Positions 43,537-56,499 of a stretch of DNA of 64,000 bases are shown piece after piece. How positions within the stretch are numbered: position 1 is the first letter of the stretch; each line of letters opens with the position of its first letter. The DNA comes from Picochlorum sp. SENEW3 (taxonomy: Eukaryota). The DNA lies in NCBI GenBank assembly GCA_034226945.1, contig CP120456.1:930001-994000 (forward strand), read 5' to 3'. The notes beneath the pieces are model-generated. The model worked only from the letters and a program-made list of their open reading frames with translations, was not told where the DNA came from and searched no databases. Position numbers and translations under genes: made by a program.

Positions 43537-44989
43537 ATGAAGAATATTCTTGCCGGCGAAGATAGGTTTGATTGACTCAACTGGCTAGCCACAGCGCTGT
43601 GCACGGTCTGATTTCAGCCGGACCTTGCGCAATTAGAATGCGGTTGAATCAATATATTTATCTTTTTATCATGCATGTAAAATACTTTCTTAATACCTCT
43701 CTGTATCCAAATTCAGGTTTGCAATCTTGCTTGCAGTTCTCTACTTATTGCATAAAGCAGGTATGAGCTTAATTGTGTTTAACCACCTCGTCAGGATGTT
43801 TGTTGAACAATATATCAATGGTGAGGTGTTCTCTTGTGCGCAGATCTGTATTCAAGTGTGCCTGAACGTGTGGCGGTACCTGCATGCTTCTCAGGTGGAA
43901 ATCCATCTGTTTTAGTGACTGGTGCTGCTGGGTTTATTGGAATGCATACGACGATCAGTCTGTACGAGCATGGCTTTTCTGTAGTTGGAATAGATCTTTT
44001 CACGGACTACTATTCCGTGCAACTGAAGCAAGATAGGGCAAAACATATCAAGCAGAAGACTGGAATTAATATTATGCAGTTAGATATCGCCAGCACCAAT
44101 CAAATAGCACGTTTGTGTGATCTTTGTCGTGGTTTTGATTACATCGTGCACCTTGCAGCACAGCCCGGCGTTAGATTTTCTGTGGAGTATCCCGAGGAGG
44201 CAGTGGATGCAAACATTTCAAAATTCATGTCTTTTCTGAAAACTGTTGTGAGATCGAGTCCCAATCAAGTTCGCTTAATCTTTGCGTCATCTTCCTCAGT
44301 CTACGGAATGAATCACAAGATACCCTTTGCAGAGGAGGACAAGACTGACATGCCTGCTGCAATTTATGGGGCAACCAAAAAGGTACGTCCTCAGTGAATT
44401 CAGGATTGACAGTAACGATGTCCATGACTCCCAGTAAATGATATTGCAGGCCAACGAGTTAATGGTCTATGCCTTCTATCATCTCTATGATGTCAGCGCA
44501 ATTGGTCTAAGATTTTTCACTGTATATGGGCCTTGGGGTAGGCCAGACATGGCTGTCTACACATTTGCTATGAAAATCGCTAAACAGGAGCAAATAACAA
44601 TCAATGTTGATAGAGATTACAATGAATTCAGGAGAGACTTCACTTTTGTTGATGATATAACGAATGGCATTCTATCTAGCATTAGGTACCTCAACGGAAC
44701 CCATGAGAAAGTCTATGAAATATTTAATTTGGGGACCTCGGACCAGCATGCAGTTTCTGATGTCATTGGTGCTTTAGAAGTAGCCCTCGATAAGAAAGCT
44801 CTAACACAAAAGCAGATCGTGGGGGCAAATGGGGATATATATGCCACTCATGCTTCTTTGGATAAATCAAAGAGAATCCTCAATTATTCCAACAACTACT
44901 TCCTGACTGAAGGGATACGGACTTTCGCTGAATGGTTCAAAATCTATCATAAGATTACTAGTAGTGGAGAGCCTGCTGTCATGTTTTAA
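43537..44989 (+). CDS. GAE: UDP-glucuronate 4-epimerase (membrane-anchored extended SDR)
   Basis: VTGAAGFIG, HLAAQPGVR, ASSSSVYG, YGATKK, GLRFFTVYGPWGRPDMA, RRDFTFVDD; core exons 43844-44382 and 44450-44989; 5' exons (43537-43565, 43717-43761, TM anchor) tentative. Confidence 0.88.
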
Positions 44990-45442
44990 TGAAGTAGCGC
45001 TGGTCACAGGGTGTGTGCCGTAGTCAGCAGATGTAAGCAATTTTCTCCCTGATATCTATATATTATTAAACTACATCTCAATATACATCGATTGAGGTAT
45101 ATATGAGCGTCACTGGTGCAGAATCAAAGACGTGCAAGGCCGGGGAAGCCCGAGAGGACAGTTGCCCACGGTCAAAGAAGGCTTTTCAACTGCCTCATGT
45201 GGGTAGGTTGGTAGGGAACTTCCCTTTATCGACTCTCTTTCTATTCTACCGTATAAACGCCTCGCTCACACGTCAAACCGAAACTTGAAGACTGTGGTGG
45301 AAATATACAACTGTTACACTGTTCCAGAATAGTGCTCGACACTCTTTGGGACGATATAGTTCAATATTTCTTCATTTAATAATTTGTTTTCACAACAAGA
45401 GGTCTTCTGATGGTAACGTTACTCCACAGCGCAATGGGACAT

Positions 45443-45858
45443 TTTTTATTTTCCAGTCTTACATGCCCGGTGGTGATGCATAGTGAAAGATGAGCACAAT
45501 CCTCAAATTCGGATTGAGGGGCTCGATTCCTTGAAAGAGCCTTTACTCATCCCCACCACCATCACCTCGTTTAGGCCAAGGTGTAATAATTGATGGATTG
45601 CAAACAATTGACTCAAACCATTCGTTCCAGTGATGGAAGGGAAGAAGTGGAATCCACACACGACGAGGCAAGCCTGGAAGTGTGTTGTGGAGGCACTGGG
45701 AAGATTTTGCCCACTGGCAGCCCATGAACCTCTGGGCCATGCTTCTTATTCCATCGCTGAGAGAATGTTTGGATAGCTACCTATTGGCTAATGGATGCTT
45801 CCTACAAGGTATGAGTGGTCTTGTGGTCCTATTTAAGGCCTCTTCCATCCTCCCAGAT
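45443..45858 (-). mobile_element. Short LINE-A 3' retrocopy with a 50-nt foreign head and 12-bp TSD
   Basis: 45443-45808 matches the LINE-A 3'UTR and tail; TSD GCAATGGGACAT at 45431-45442 and 45859-45870. Confidence 0.85.
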
Positions 45859-46105
45859 GCAATGGGACATACGCTACGGGCCTCCCAGATAGATCTCGCA
45901 GGCCCGGATTTGGACCCTCCAAAATCGGCCATTTTGAGGCCCCCAAATGAGGGCCTCCCAGCTACAGCCGGGAATCCCTCATTTCCGCCAACGATACAAA
46001 GATCCCTGAGTTGCCTATCTTGGGTCTCTGACCATGAATTGGGGCGCTCGATCCCCGTCTCTTCTAAATGTTCAGTCATGGCGAATCTTAAAAACGATTA
46101 TATGA

Positions 46106-47420
46106 TTTTTTTTATAGGGGATTATTACACAGTCGAGAAATATGACGAATATCTTCCAAATCATACAAGCCCCACAGGAGGAAATCCCTAAATAAAATGT
46201 TGAGGAATTTATAAAGGGATACAAAACCTCCTGACCTGTACATTGTCCATTGGACATACTCCTCTGTAGTGTTTTGTTTGAGCGAGTGTAGCATAGTGAA
46301 TGAAACAGATTTCCTCGACCTTCCATATGACGACTGCTCCAGGTTGTGAAATTTTTACCATGGGTACCACTAAACCGTACAGGAGCAGTTGGGCCGTCAT
46401 ACTTCAGGCAAATCTGACCATAGTCTCTCTTGGAATGCTGATGTTTGTCCTGGAAGTGGCAAGCGCTTCCTTGTTCACTGCACGAGTGTCACTGATCTGT
46501 TTCTAGTCAGGGTCCATATCAGGGGTTTCTGTAACACCCAGCGATTGTTAGCAGGTTGCCATTTCAGGAATGGCAACTCTTTCATTGTTGGCGATGGTGG
46601 AGGGAAGCTTGGCTTTCGTTGTTTCAGCAGTTCCCAGAAGTACTGCTCTGCTGTGTGGCTGGCCTTTCTGATGATATCCTGTGGCTGTGGTGGATGTTCT
46701 GTGGTGGAGTGGTGGAGGAGTCTGTAGGCTGTTTTACGGCCCACATCCAAAGCATTGATGGTAATAATACTAATCTCAGTCCATATGGCATCGTCCACAT
46801 CCTTTGGAGATGTGTTGCTCCATATGTTGTGAAGAAGGAGTTGGAAATGGCTGTTTGTTCCAGCAAGCATGCTTTCTGGTTTGAGGAGGCTGTAGACATG
46901 TTTGGCAATAGGGCATTCTCGGGCATAATGGTCCATTGATGCCTTCGAATGTCCACATGCACAGTCCTTGCGCCTCTCCGCTGGGAGATGACTCACGAGG
47001 AGCCCTCCTGAGTTTATATGCCATATGATCGCCTTCCACGGGTTGGGCACCCGTGCTCTCCACCATTTTCTGATGTTTCCCAGCATCTTACCGAACCTGG
47101 GCCGTATCTCGCTCACAGTGTGTATCCAAGCAATCTGATTGTTGGTCGCTTGCTGCCATTTGACTGGGTCTGGCGAGTTGATGGTGATCAGGCGAGTGCC
47201 ATCTTTCACCGTATACTTGTGGAGTGGCAACTGGTTTCCTTTGTAGCGATGCCAGCAGTAGTTCCACTGTCTTTCTTCTGTTGGATTCCTGAATACTGAG
47301 TTGATCAGCGAGTGCAATGAGATCTCGTTGTCCTCGCTGTATTCCATGAGAGCCGGGTGGACTCCCGGTAACTCACACGGCTGGGTGAGGAGCCTGAGAG
47401 CCATGATCTTTGTTGGCCTG
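46106..47420 (-). mobile_element. LINE-B 3' fragment (5'-truncated)
   Basis: Near-identical reverse complement of about 41699-43009, including the ORF2 C-terminus and 3'UTR. Confidence 0.92.
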
Positions 47421-47861
47421 ATAGTAATGATAGTAATCACCGATAATGTTTATCTGTCTCGCAATGCTTTGCAGCGTATGGAGATTTTACCCGCGATTCG
47501 AGATTTGAACTCCCTATCCGAGGAGGTCACGCGCATGGGAAACTAGCCTAATTAGGCTAGTTTTTTATAAAAACCATACCCGCCGGTGGGCCGACCAAGC
47601 ATCCGTCGGGTCACCTCATCGAGTGACACTCGCGTGGCTTTCGTTTGTGCGGCCCGCAATCGCAGCAGAAATGGCTTTAAAATATTTAAAATATCGCAAC
47701 AAAACGCTCGAAAGTGCACGAGAGGCCAAGGAGCGGCGCAGAACCGGCCTCCCGGGAGCCCATTGTTACACGCGTTCTCGAGTTTCACTGCGTGCAATGA
47801 AACGGTCGAAGAGCGTTTCATACTACTAAAGTCAGTTAATAACTAATATATTTGCTGCCTC

Positions 47862-49487
47862 ATGAATCTGGAGTATCGTGTAGCGCATATGCCGGGGTAT
47901 TTGGAAGACCCCGAAGTTCGTCGCGACTTCCAGCGCCGCACGCGGAAAATGGATGCTGTAATGAAGAAATGGGAGAGAGATATATCAAAATTGATCTGCA
48001 AAGGCTTACACGAGATGTCTCGTGAGCACAAGCGGCTGTTCAGCAAAGATGAAAGGGGCCTGGTGAGCATCCCTGACTTTTTGGGTGTTTTGACCTGGCC
48101 GGACCACAAATCCACGGTAATTCGCAGCTCTTTGTATCAAAATGGTATGTATGGTTGTATGAACGTGTAGTGGTGGCCACGATCGAGGCCTGTGGGTAGC
48201 ACAAGCCCACACCAAAGGTGTCCATGTTGTGGGTGACTTGCTAGCTTCTGTGCAGGTTTGAGAAAGGAGTATGCCGAGCGAGTTGCGAGCGAATGCGAGT
48301 CTCTCCACCGATATCATTGCGATTTGCAATGTAACATTCATCAGGAACGGTTTGTCATGGTGGATCAAGGGGTAAAGGATGATGAGGAAACTCTGAAGGC
48401 TCTGATTGACATCAAGGTCCATAAGCTGAGAGAGCACGCTAAGAGGGCAATGAAAGAGGCTGCAACGGAGACTAATAGAGGTATGTGAATTTCTATTATC
48501 TTGATAGCAGCTTGCAGATACGGAATAAAGGCCAAACAGGGTTGAGGGCTGCACTAGACTGCTAGCCCATTGTGGCCTGGCTGAGATGAGATGAGTCTCT
48601 CACAAAGCATTCGTCTTCTTGCTGCAGTTCTTTCCTCTACAGATATTCATGTTGCCGTTACTAGCGCCACTAAGTTGCACATTAGACAATCGGAATGCAA
48701 TGGTGGGTGTGAAAGGTGCACATTGGCAAGGCAACATGCATCATGGCCAGAGCAAGTTCCCTTCATTTGCTATTCTGCCTTATCCAAGGCTCAAATAAAC
48801 ATATTAATAGAGCATTTTCGTCGCGTTGACAAAGAATTGTGGTACGAAACCAAGGGAATTGAACAAGAGGAAGAGGAGGGAGCAGGCATAATGACTCAGG
48901 TAGCAGAGGACATGGGAAGACATGGCCCTGACCCGCACCATATACGAAGAACGTTTGAGGCTTATTTTGATGATAGGCATAATCCATTTAGTGCGCCTTC
49001 GGACCGGCATGCGCCGCAACAAGACGGCAGAGGAAGTGACAACCCCCTGGGTGCAGATGTGGTTCTCCCAGCAACAGCTGGTGGAGGTACGGCCCCCATG
49101 GAGCTCGCGCTGGGATTGCATCCCGAACAAAACGAAGTATTAAATGATTTTGTAGAGGGGTCGCTGGATATCAATGCGGTTGCAACCCAAGAAATGGCAG
49201 ATGTGGTGAGTGCTGAACAGCATCCTGGTGCAGGTAACATCCATGCTGGACAGCTTGCCCCACCATCTATCGAGAGAGCGCTACCATCTGGCCCGGAGGA
49301 GAACATCATAATTGATGGAAGTGTAGAGCAAGTTACTGCCCTCAATCCGCGCGGCGGGGATCCTGACCAGGTTGAAGAGGCTGAGCCATCACTTGCCACT
49401 GCAGAACAGGTTGCACCCAGGGGGCGAGGAAGGCCACGTGGTAGCCTCACAAAGAGGCGTGGTAGGCCCCAAAAACGCAAACAATAG
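47862..49487 (+). CDS. Unknown 450-aa protein with two C-terminal AT-hooks, 3 exons
   Basis: Exons 47862-48144, 48256-48480, 48643-49487 splice in frame with GTATGT..CAG introns; CNGGCERC..H..C cluster; PRGRGRPRG and KRRGRPQK. Confidence 0.7.
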
Positions 49488-51076
49488 AATCAGGGTGCGG
49501 GAATGGCCTGTGCTCTCCTAAAGGATGGGAGGAACGCATCTCGTGCGCCAGAACGACTTGGGGCAGTTGGGCAAGGTGATGAGAAGGCGTGAAATGTGCG
49601 AGTTTTGGCCATGACCTGCTCCACAGCGAATGCTCAATTTAATCTAAATTAAATTTATATTTCATTGATGCGGCAATGCGCGGTTAGGTCTTCTCCATGG
49701 TAATTTCAGAACTTGAACGCACATTTCCAACATCGGAGAACGTGTCAGTGACGGTGCGTGTCCCTTGTCCTGGTATTGAGGGCGCAAGAATTTAGATTCA
49801 TAATACTAAAAGATGTCATCGCAATTGTTGCGCACCACTATGTGCGCCAGCAGAGGCAGTTCTGGTCAGGTGGGGGATCTCCATGCCTGTTTTGCGACAT
49901 GTTGTCGTCTTTTTGGCACGCATACAAGGAACCGAATTCAAGAAAACTCGTCTTCAAATGATCTTTATCCAAAAATAAATCTAAATGCGGGATTTGATGC
50001 GAGGGTCGCGAGCGCTGGGACGCGACATTGCTCGCAGAGTTGGATGGAGCGTCTTGGGAACCTGCAGTTGGAGCTGGCCAGATGGGGCTCTTTTCCCCTC
50101 CACAAGGCGTTCCCGCGCATATTTCGCCGATTCAAGAAGCTCTATACATTACTTATATGCTATTTAGTGGTATGAATCGGTGAACGGGTCGAAATAGCGT
50201 GACCGAAATTCCGAGTGACTCAAGTGCACAAGCGTTTAGGCAGGCTTTTTTGGTGCCAAAACTCGTTCCGGCCTTGGGGGCGGTCACTGCAAACGTCCTC
50301 CCACCCGCTTCTTTAGGCTTAGAAATATTTTTAAAGGGATATGGAGCGAGTTTCCGAGTCTCCCATGCCTCAGACAAGCAGCAAACGAGCGCAACAGGGG
50401 CGTTGCTCGGGGCGGAGGCCTACGAGCGCTGCAGTGACGACCAGTGTCCTCCGTGCCTATTCTGTGGTCTACTAATACATATTGGAGTATTTGCAATCAT
50501 TTGATTGGTATATAGCACCGAATACACCCGAACTAGAGAAGCTCGGCTCCAACGACATTTTGGGGGAATTCCTTTTTGGGCCGCGCATGCTACCCTTGCT
50601 CTGCACAACCTAACTCAATCATTAAATCAAGTATTTATTTGCTAAACGCATGTCTAGTTTGGAAGAACAGGCGAGGAGTGCGCTTCACAAGCCCAGGAAC
50701 TTGGCAGTGTTTGAAATGGCATGTTCGAGCTCTTCCTGGGACCTAGCGATCTCCTGCTCCATTGCGGATGTGATTTACTTAGATACTGTGGGTTTTTATC
50801 AATTTTGAGTGTAATCGAAAGCCAAATACAAAATGGTCTCAGATCGACAAGTTCGGAGACTTGACGCATGTTGCAGACATGCGGACTTTACCGTTAGGCG
50901 AAGGAAATTGACGCCTTTGCAATACATTGCAAAAAAATTCACATTTACATTACTATAATATATTTGGAACCTATTGCAGACTCAATGCGAGTAGAGTTTG
51001 GAGAATCGAAGACATTCCACGAATTGCAATTCAATTGGCTCGAGTGACCAAGCTTCTTGCGTGCTTCCTTCACCCT

Positions 51077-54000
51077 CTATTCGGCAACAACTTCATTTTC
51101 TTCATTATTTATTTCATTATCGAACGGGTCATCGTCCTGTGTTGGCGTATCATCCAGTATCTGGGAATGGTCGGGACGGGCACCCCTAACGAACACATCT
51201 GCGCACAGCCGTGCTTTAGTAGCAAGCGTTGAAACCTCCGCCTTCACTTTTTCCAGCTGCAGTTTGTGAAAATAGAGTGATTCAACCTGACTGTGTTGCT
51301 CTTGAAGCTCCACACCCAGCGTGTAAGCATATGGGCTGTTCTCCTCTGGGATTCTTGCATCCTGATGCAGTTGGTGCTCCTCAATTCTCCCCTGAATCCC
51401 AGCCATCTCGGCATCGACAGCGGCTTTTTCGCTATGAAGCAGCAACTCACATCCTTTTATCTCCTCGAGCAAAAGTTGTTTCTCCTCTCTTGCTCTCGAG
51501 AGGAGATTAGCCTTGGCATGCAGTTGAACCCTGTAGCTTTCCACCATGGTAGAACTGTTTGAAATCCAAGGATACCTGCCTTCCTCCAACGCGGCATGAA
51601 ACCGCTGTGCATTCAATGGCTCTCCATCTTGAAATGGACCAACCAGGCGATAAATGACCTCGGCTTCCTCCCATGCCTGCCTCGTTTCAGGTGGAGACAC
51701 TGCCCTCATGTAGGAAGCAAAATCAGGGAACACTATGCTTGCAATTGGGCCACCTTGACCGCGCTCCAAGCAGTTCTCGCAATGTATACTGTATATAAGG
51801 GAGCTTATATCAATGACGTGACGGACAACTTTACGCAGTTGACTCTCCAGAGCCTGCAGGGAAAGGTACACATGGGTCAAGTTCAAACATGAAGAACCTC
51901 ATGGAGCAACCAAGGCACACCTTTTTCCTCTTCCTTAGCCTTGCGGCCTCGCCTCGGCGGGTGAGCATTCTATTTTCTTGTAAACGAAGTATTTCTTTCT
52001 GATGAAAAAGAGCCGTCACTCTATTCTGCTCGCATCGTAGCCTCCATGCCAACAAACCCATCTCCCCCTTGCGACACTCATATGCATTGTTGACATACCC
52101 TTGGGGCAATCTCCGCAGTGCTTCCCGCATTTTTCTATTTTCAATATCCAAACACTTTTTTTTCGTCGTCATCTCTGCGACATCTGGACCGAGCAGCACG
52201 CGGAAGAAGGGATGGCTTCTCACTGAATCCCAAAAGTGTTTGAAATAGATGTACCTCAACCTGGCTTCAGCAAATTGGACCTCAAACGACTGTTCTGGAC
52301 GGTCCCGATCTACTCCTGCAGGAGGATTATATCTCATTTGTATCACCTACATGAACTGAGTGGTCAGGTTGCGATGAACAACGAGCATCAGAGTATCAGA
52401 GCATACCTCATCTTGGCTGAGCCCACTGGCCAGGAGCAGCCCTATTAGCTCTTGGACTTCCCGCTCTGCTAGCTGAATTTTAGCCTCAGCGCGTTGACTT
52501 GCATCCCACAAGAATTTTATGCACCCTTGGCGCTTGGTGCGATTCCAGTTGTGCACCAATTTCTCTATGCCCACAGCTCTGCCAGACAGGGACTGATACT
52601 GTAGTACATGCCCTGCTTTCCTGAAGTGGGACCAAGCAATTTCCGTGGGCTCCCCCGCTCCAACACCGGCAAATTCTACACTAAGGTAGCTGTTCTTCAA
52701 TTGACAAGGAATGTCGTGCATCTGGTAGTGCATGGGGGGCAATGGGTATGCCATCACCTGGGTGATCCATGAGGACACCATTGCGCCAAGCTCTTGTTGC
52801 TTTGCTGTCGCCCATGACACCGCATGTCCCTTGTATCTACAGTTTATATCGTACCAAAGATTTATTGGTAGCCCTATTTGGCCGGCGATGCGCTCCAGCA
52901 GCATGGAGGCGTAGGACCATTTCTCACCTGCAACACATTTGAATCTGTCTTCATGCTATGCCTCCACATTTGGACCAGGGGAACCTCAGCATACCTTTTG
53001 TCATGTTCAGCATGAGTAAACACGATCCATGTCTACAAAATGCGCCCACAACTCCTGTACGGTCGTGGTACTGGGACCTTCTCTTGAGCATTGAGTCAGC
53101 CTGGAATTCAGACCCACAGGTTGCCACTGCATTAGCCCTTGACTGCGACGTGTAATGCTCTTCAAACTCTTGCACCTCGTTGTCAGGGAGGAGTTTTATA
53201 CTAAAAGGAGGATCGTACTGTCGAGATTTCCCTGCTTTCGCCATGTGAGGCAAGCCATAGTGCCCATCAATGTATACTGAATGAAGCAGCAGTTGACTCC
53301 CAGAGGCAATTGGCTCAAAGGTTGCCATATCTGCACCAGATTTCTCCACTTTGGTCTTTGATATATGTATCAAATGATTTTGAGATCCTAGACAAGCGGG
53401 ACACTCCATTGGACAGTCTCTATGGGTGGAGGAGTACATGTATGGATCATTGGCAGTCATCTCAAAAATGGTGTACTCATGAAGAGCCCTGCTCAAGTGC
53501 TTGGACATCTGTTCTGCACTAATCTTGACATGGCATCCATTCCTCATTAATGTGCGCTTAAAACCTTTGGCGAATGAAGACACGGCCAGCCTTGGAGAGA
53601 AGTCTATCTGATCCCTGAGGAAAGTCAGCAAGTCCATGTGGTACAAGACTACTTTGTCATCCCTGAGTGCGTGGAAAAGATCAAAAGGCTGCACATAACC
53701 AATATATTATTTATTGTGTCTTTTCACCGCGGACGGACGTGATATTGTTGTCGAACATACCCAATCAGGAGTTGAGGGAAAGGCATCAATGTCTGCTGGA
53801 ATCACATGGAATCTGCCACAGCCACTTGGGCCATGCATGTTGCACCTGCGATGCAATACGTCGTGAATCGCCTCACCTTATGTTTTTCTTTCATGTTTCA
53901 TTTCGTACCGCGCGCATTCTACCAGAGGGATGCTGATAACATGGCAAAACTGCATGGTGAGGATGGTGACTTTCCTCCTGTCAAACTCTGACAACAATGA

Positions 54001-54492
54001 ACCACTGCCACGGCAACGCGGGCATGTTTTCGATACCGACTCCACCTTACTTTTTATACGTTCTTTTTCAGTGTGCATAGCGACTTGTAGGCTGTGCCGT
54101 CGATCCCTGTGGCGTAATTTGGCCTGGTCAACTATCTTGTTCCTCACTTTGCCCCATGCCTCTTCCTCTCTCTTGTTTCTCTCCTCGTGCACACTCCTCT
54201 CAGACTCCAAATTCCTCCTGTCATCAGATTCGTACTCTTCTTCGGAATCCTGGCCACGATCCTCGGTCTCCTGGGGCTCAGAAACAAAAGGGGCCAAACC
54301 CGGATATTCCCTGGTCACCGACCAGCGAGCTCTGCGAACCCTACTCCTTACTCGTGTACTATCAGAATAATTTGGATTATCTCTGAGTATTCTGCGCAAT
54401 TTCCGTTCCTCTGCGGCGACAACCTGGCAATAGCGGATAGGATGTTGAATGCGACTTCGCAACCACAGCGTATTCTTCTTCCTACGTGCCAT
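51077..54492 (-). CDS. KDZ (Kyakuja-Dileera-Zisupton) transposase with CxC domain, 6 exons, 1028 aa
   Basis: Exons 54492-53909, 53845-53761, 53688-52995, 52927-52407, 52346-51921, 51853-51077 splice in frame; CPRC..FPSTP (CxC), CPAC, YIDGH, DRTGVVGAFCRHG, GEKWSY, YDINC, HYQMH..CQ, GEPTEIAWS. Confidence 0.9.
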
Positions 54493-54899
54493 TTACGCCA
54501 TGAAAGTACTATATATATTTCATTATTAGTTATTTTAGTTTGTATGGCGTCGGTGGCGTGCTATATTGCCCTGTACAGCCCAGCGCAATCAACCGGGCTC
54601 GGTGCTGACAACGGTCTGCACACGTACCACAACACCTGTAACCAAATGCTACTCCAATTTAAAAATAGATATTTGGAATTATTTGAAGCATTTCTGAGCA
54701 ATCAGCGGAATAAAAGATGCACTGTGCAGGTCAGGAGTTTTGGTCCCAGGCCCACCCGAGGGCACCGACGACTGACCCGACGGCGATCCGAGAACCCCAT
54801 TTTTGAGCCAATTTCCATGCGCCTTAGAACTATCCGAGCTCGGATACCTCGAGGTATGGAAGAGGCCAATATAGGCGCCTGTAGGAAAAGCGAGATGGA

Positions 54900-55036
54900 C
54901 CCCTAAACTTTGGTCGCCGATTCCGTCGCGTACAGGGCGTTATATATTCCCGCTCGTATATATTATTGATCAGTGTTACAAATAGAGTATCTCGTGAGAA
55001 TTTGACGCAAAATGGCCCGCGCAATCGAGAGTTCGC
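54900..55036. repeat. Diverged copy of the CACTA subterminal block without the CACTT TIR
   Basis: Matches about 55607-55743 and the reverse complement of about 37323-37459 (core TATATATTCCCGCTCGTATATATTATTGATCAGTGTTACAAATAGAGTATCTCGTG). Confidence 0.8.
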
Positions 55037-56499
55037 TCTGGTCGACTCTGCTCGATCTGTTCAAACTTGAGCTGAGCAAAACTCGCGCTCAGAGCGAATT
55101 CGGTCAAGATTGTTGCAGTACAGCGAAAAGAATGTAATATAGAAAAAATTTATGCACAACGCCGGGCCCGGGGTGGGCCAACGGCGATGATCCAATTTTG
55201 TTACACCCGATGTATGAGGGACGGCCTTAGGGCGGAGGAAGGCCGGTCCTGGCCAAAAAATTTCACACTGATTGTCCATACTAATTCGGGATAATATTTC
55301 GAGGGCCGCGTAAAATTCAAATTTAACACTACCCAGATTGGGATGGGGGCGAATGAGGCCTTCCTGCGAGGGGCTGCTCGGGGCGCGAAACAAAGGATCG
55401 ATGAGCCGGCCAAACGGGATCTCCAGCGAATAAATCACCCTTTCGTGCGCACAAAAGGCTTTTAAATGCAATTTTAATAGGTTAAAAGAGAATGCAAGGG
55501 CCTAAAAAGGCTTCTCAGCGGGAACCGATCCGCCCGAAATCACCTCAGTTTAGGGATCGAAAAGAGGGTGTCTGATGCCCAATCACTTACAGAAAGGATG
55601 GCAGTCCCCTTGATTTTGGGTCGCTGATTTCGTCGCGCACAGGGCGTTATATATTCCCGCTCGTATATATTATTGATCAGTGTTACAAATAGAGTATCTC
55701 GTGAAAATTTGACGCCAAATGGTTCGCGCAATCGGGAGTTCGCCTCTCGGAGGGATGTGCAGATGCGCTTGAAACTGAGCGTCTAAAAGGTGTGCTCTCG
55801 GCGCAACAACGCCGTTCCCAGGACACAATATCAACTTTTAAGTATAAATGCAACTTTTTAGAGCGGTGGGGATGTATGAAACGGTCGCAGTACGGAGGAT
55901 CGAGTCTTGATCATTTGGGTCTCTTTAAGTGCCTGCAGCGGATTTGCCCCAAATTTTCGCAGCCGGATTGTATTTAATATATCTAATTACGACAGATCGT
56001 TGCTCGCCCCCTCCGGGGCTGCTCGATTTTTTAATTCTTTTTACACGATACTTTACAATTCGATTGATTCATTGCTTTTCCACCAATGATCACCCCTTGT
56101 TGTGCCACTGTAGGCACTGGGGCGACCATTGGGGAAAAACCGTTAACCGTCTGTTGCCAGACGGCGAGTCCTCTCCATGCCACGTCTATTCACACCTGCA
56201 CCACACATACTTGTCAGTTCTTACCTTTATTAATTGTTTGGCGACGTGATTGGAGGGACTCTATACCTGCAGGCACATATACAAGGGTGGTCGTTAGTGA
56301 TGGAAGGTCGTTGGTCACGCTGCGAGCGAGCCGCTCTGCTACGAATTTGGAACTTACATGAGAGTAAATTGTTCATTTATTGATATTGTATCATTCTGAG
56401 GCTGTATGGGCAGTGCTAAATATTTGCTTGGAAAAAACTATACCCGTCCAACCCAACCGCCCGGCTCACTTGTGCATCTCCAGGGTGCCATGATGTGGG

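Noticed and set aside
49500..51000. Short ORFs between the AT-hook gene and the KDZ gene as TET/JBP or other cargo
   Set aside because: All are short, with no dioxygenase motifs and no coherent exon chain
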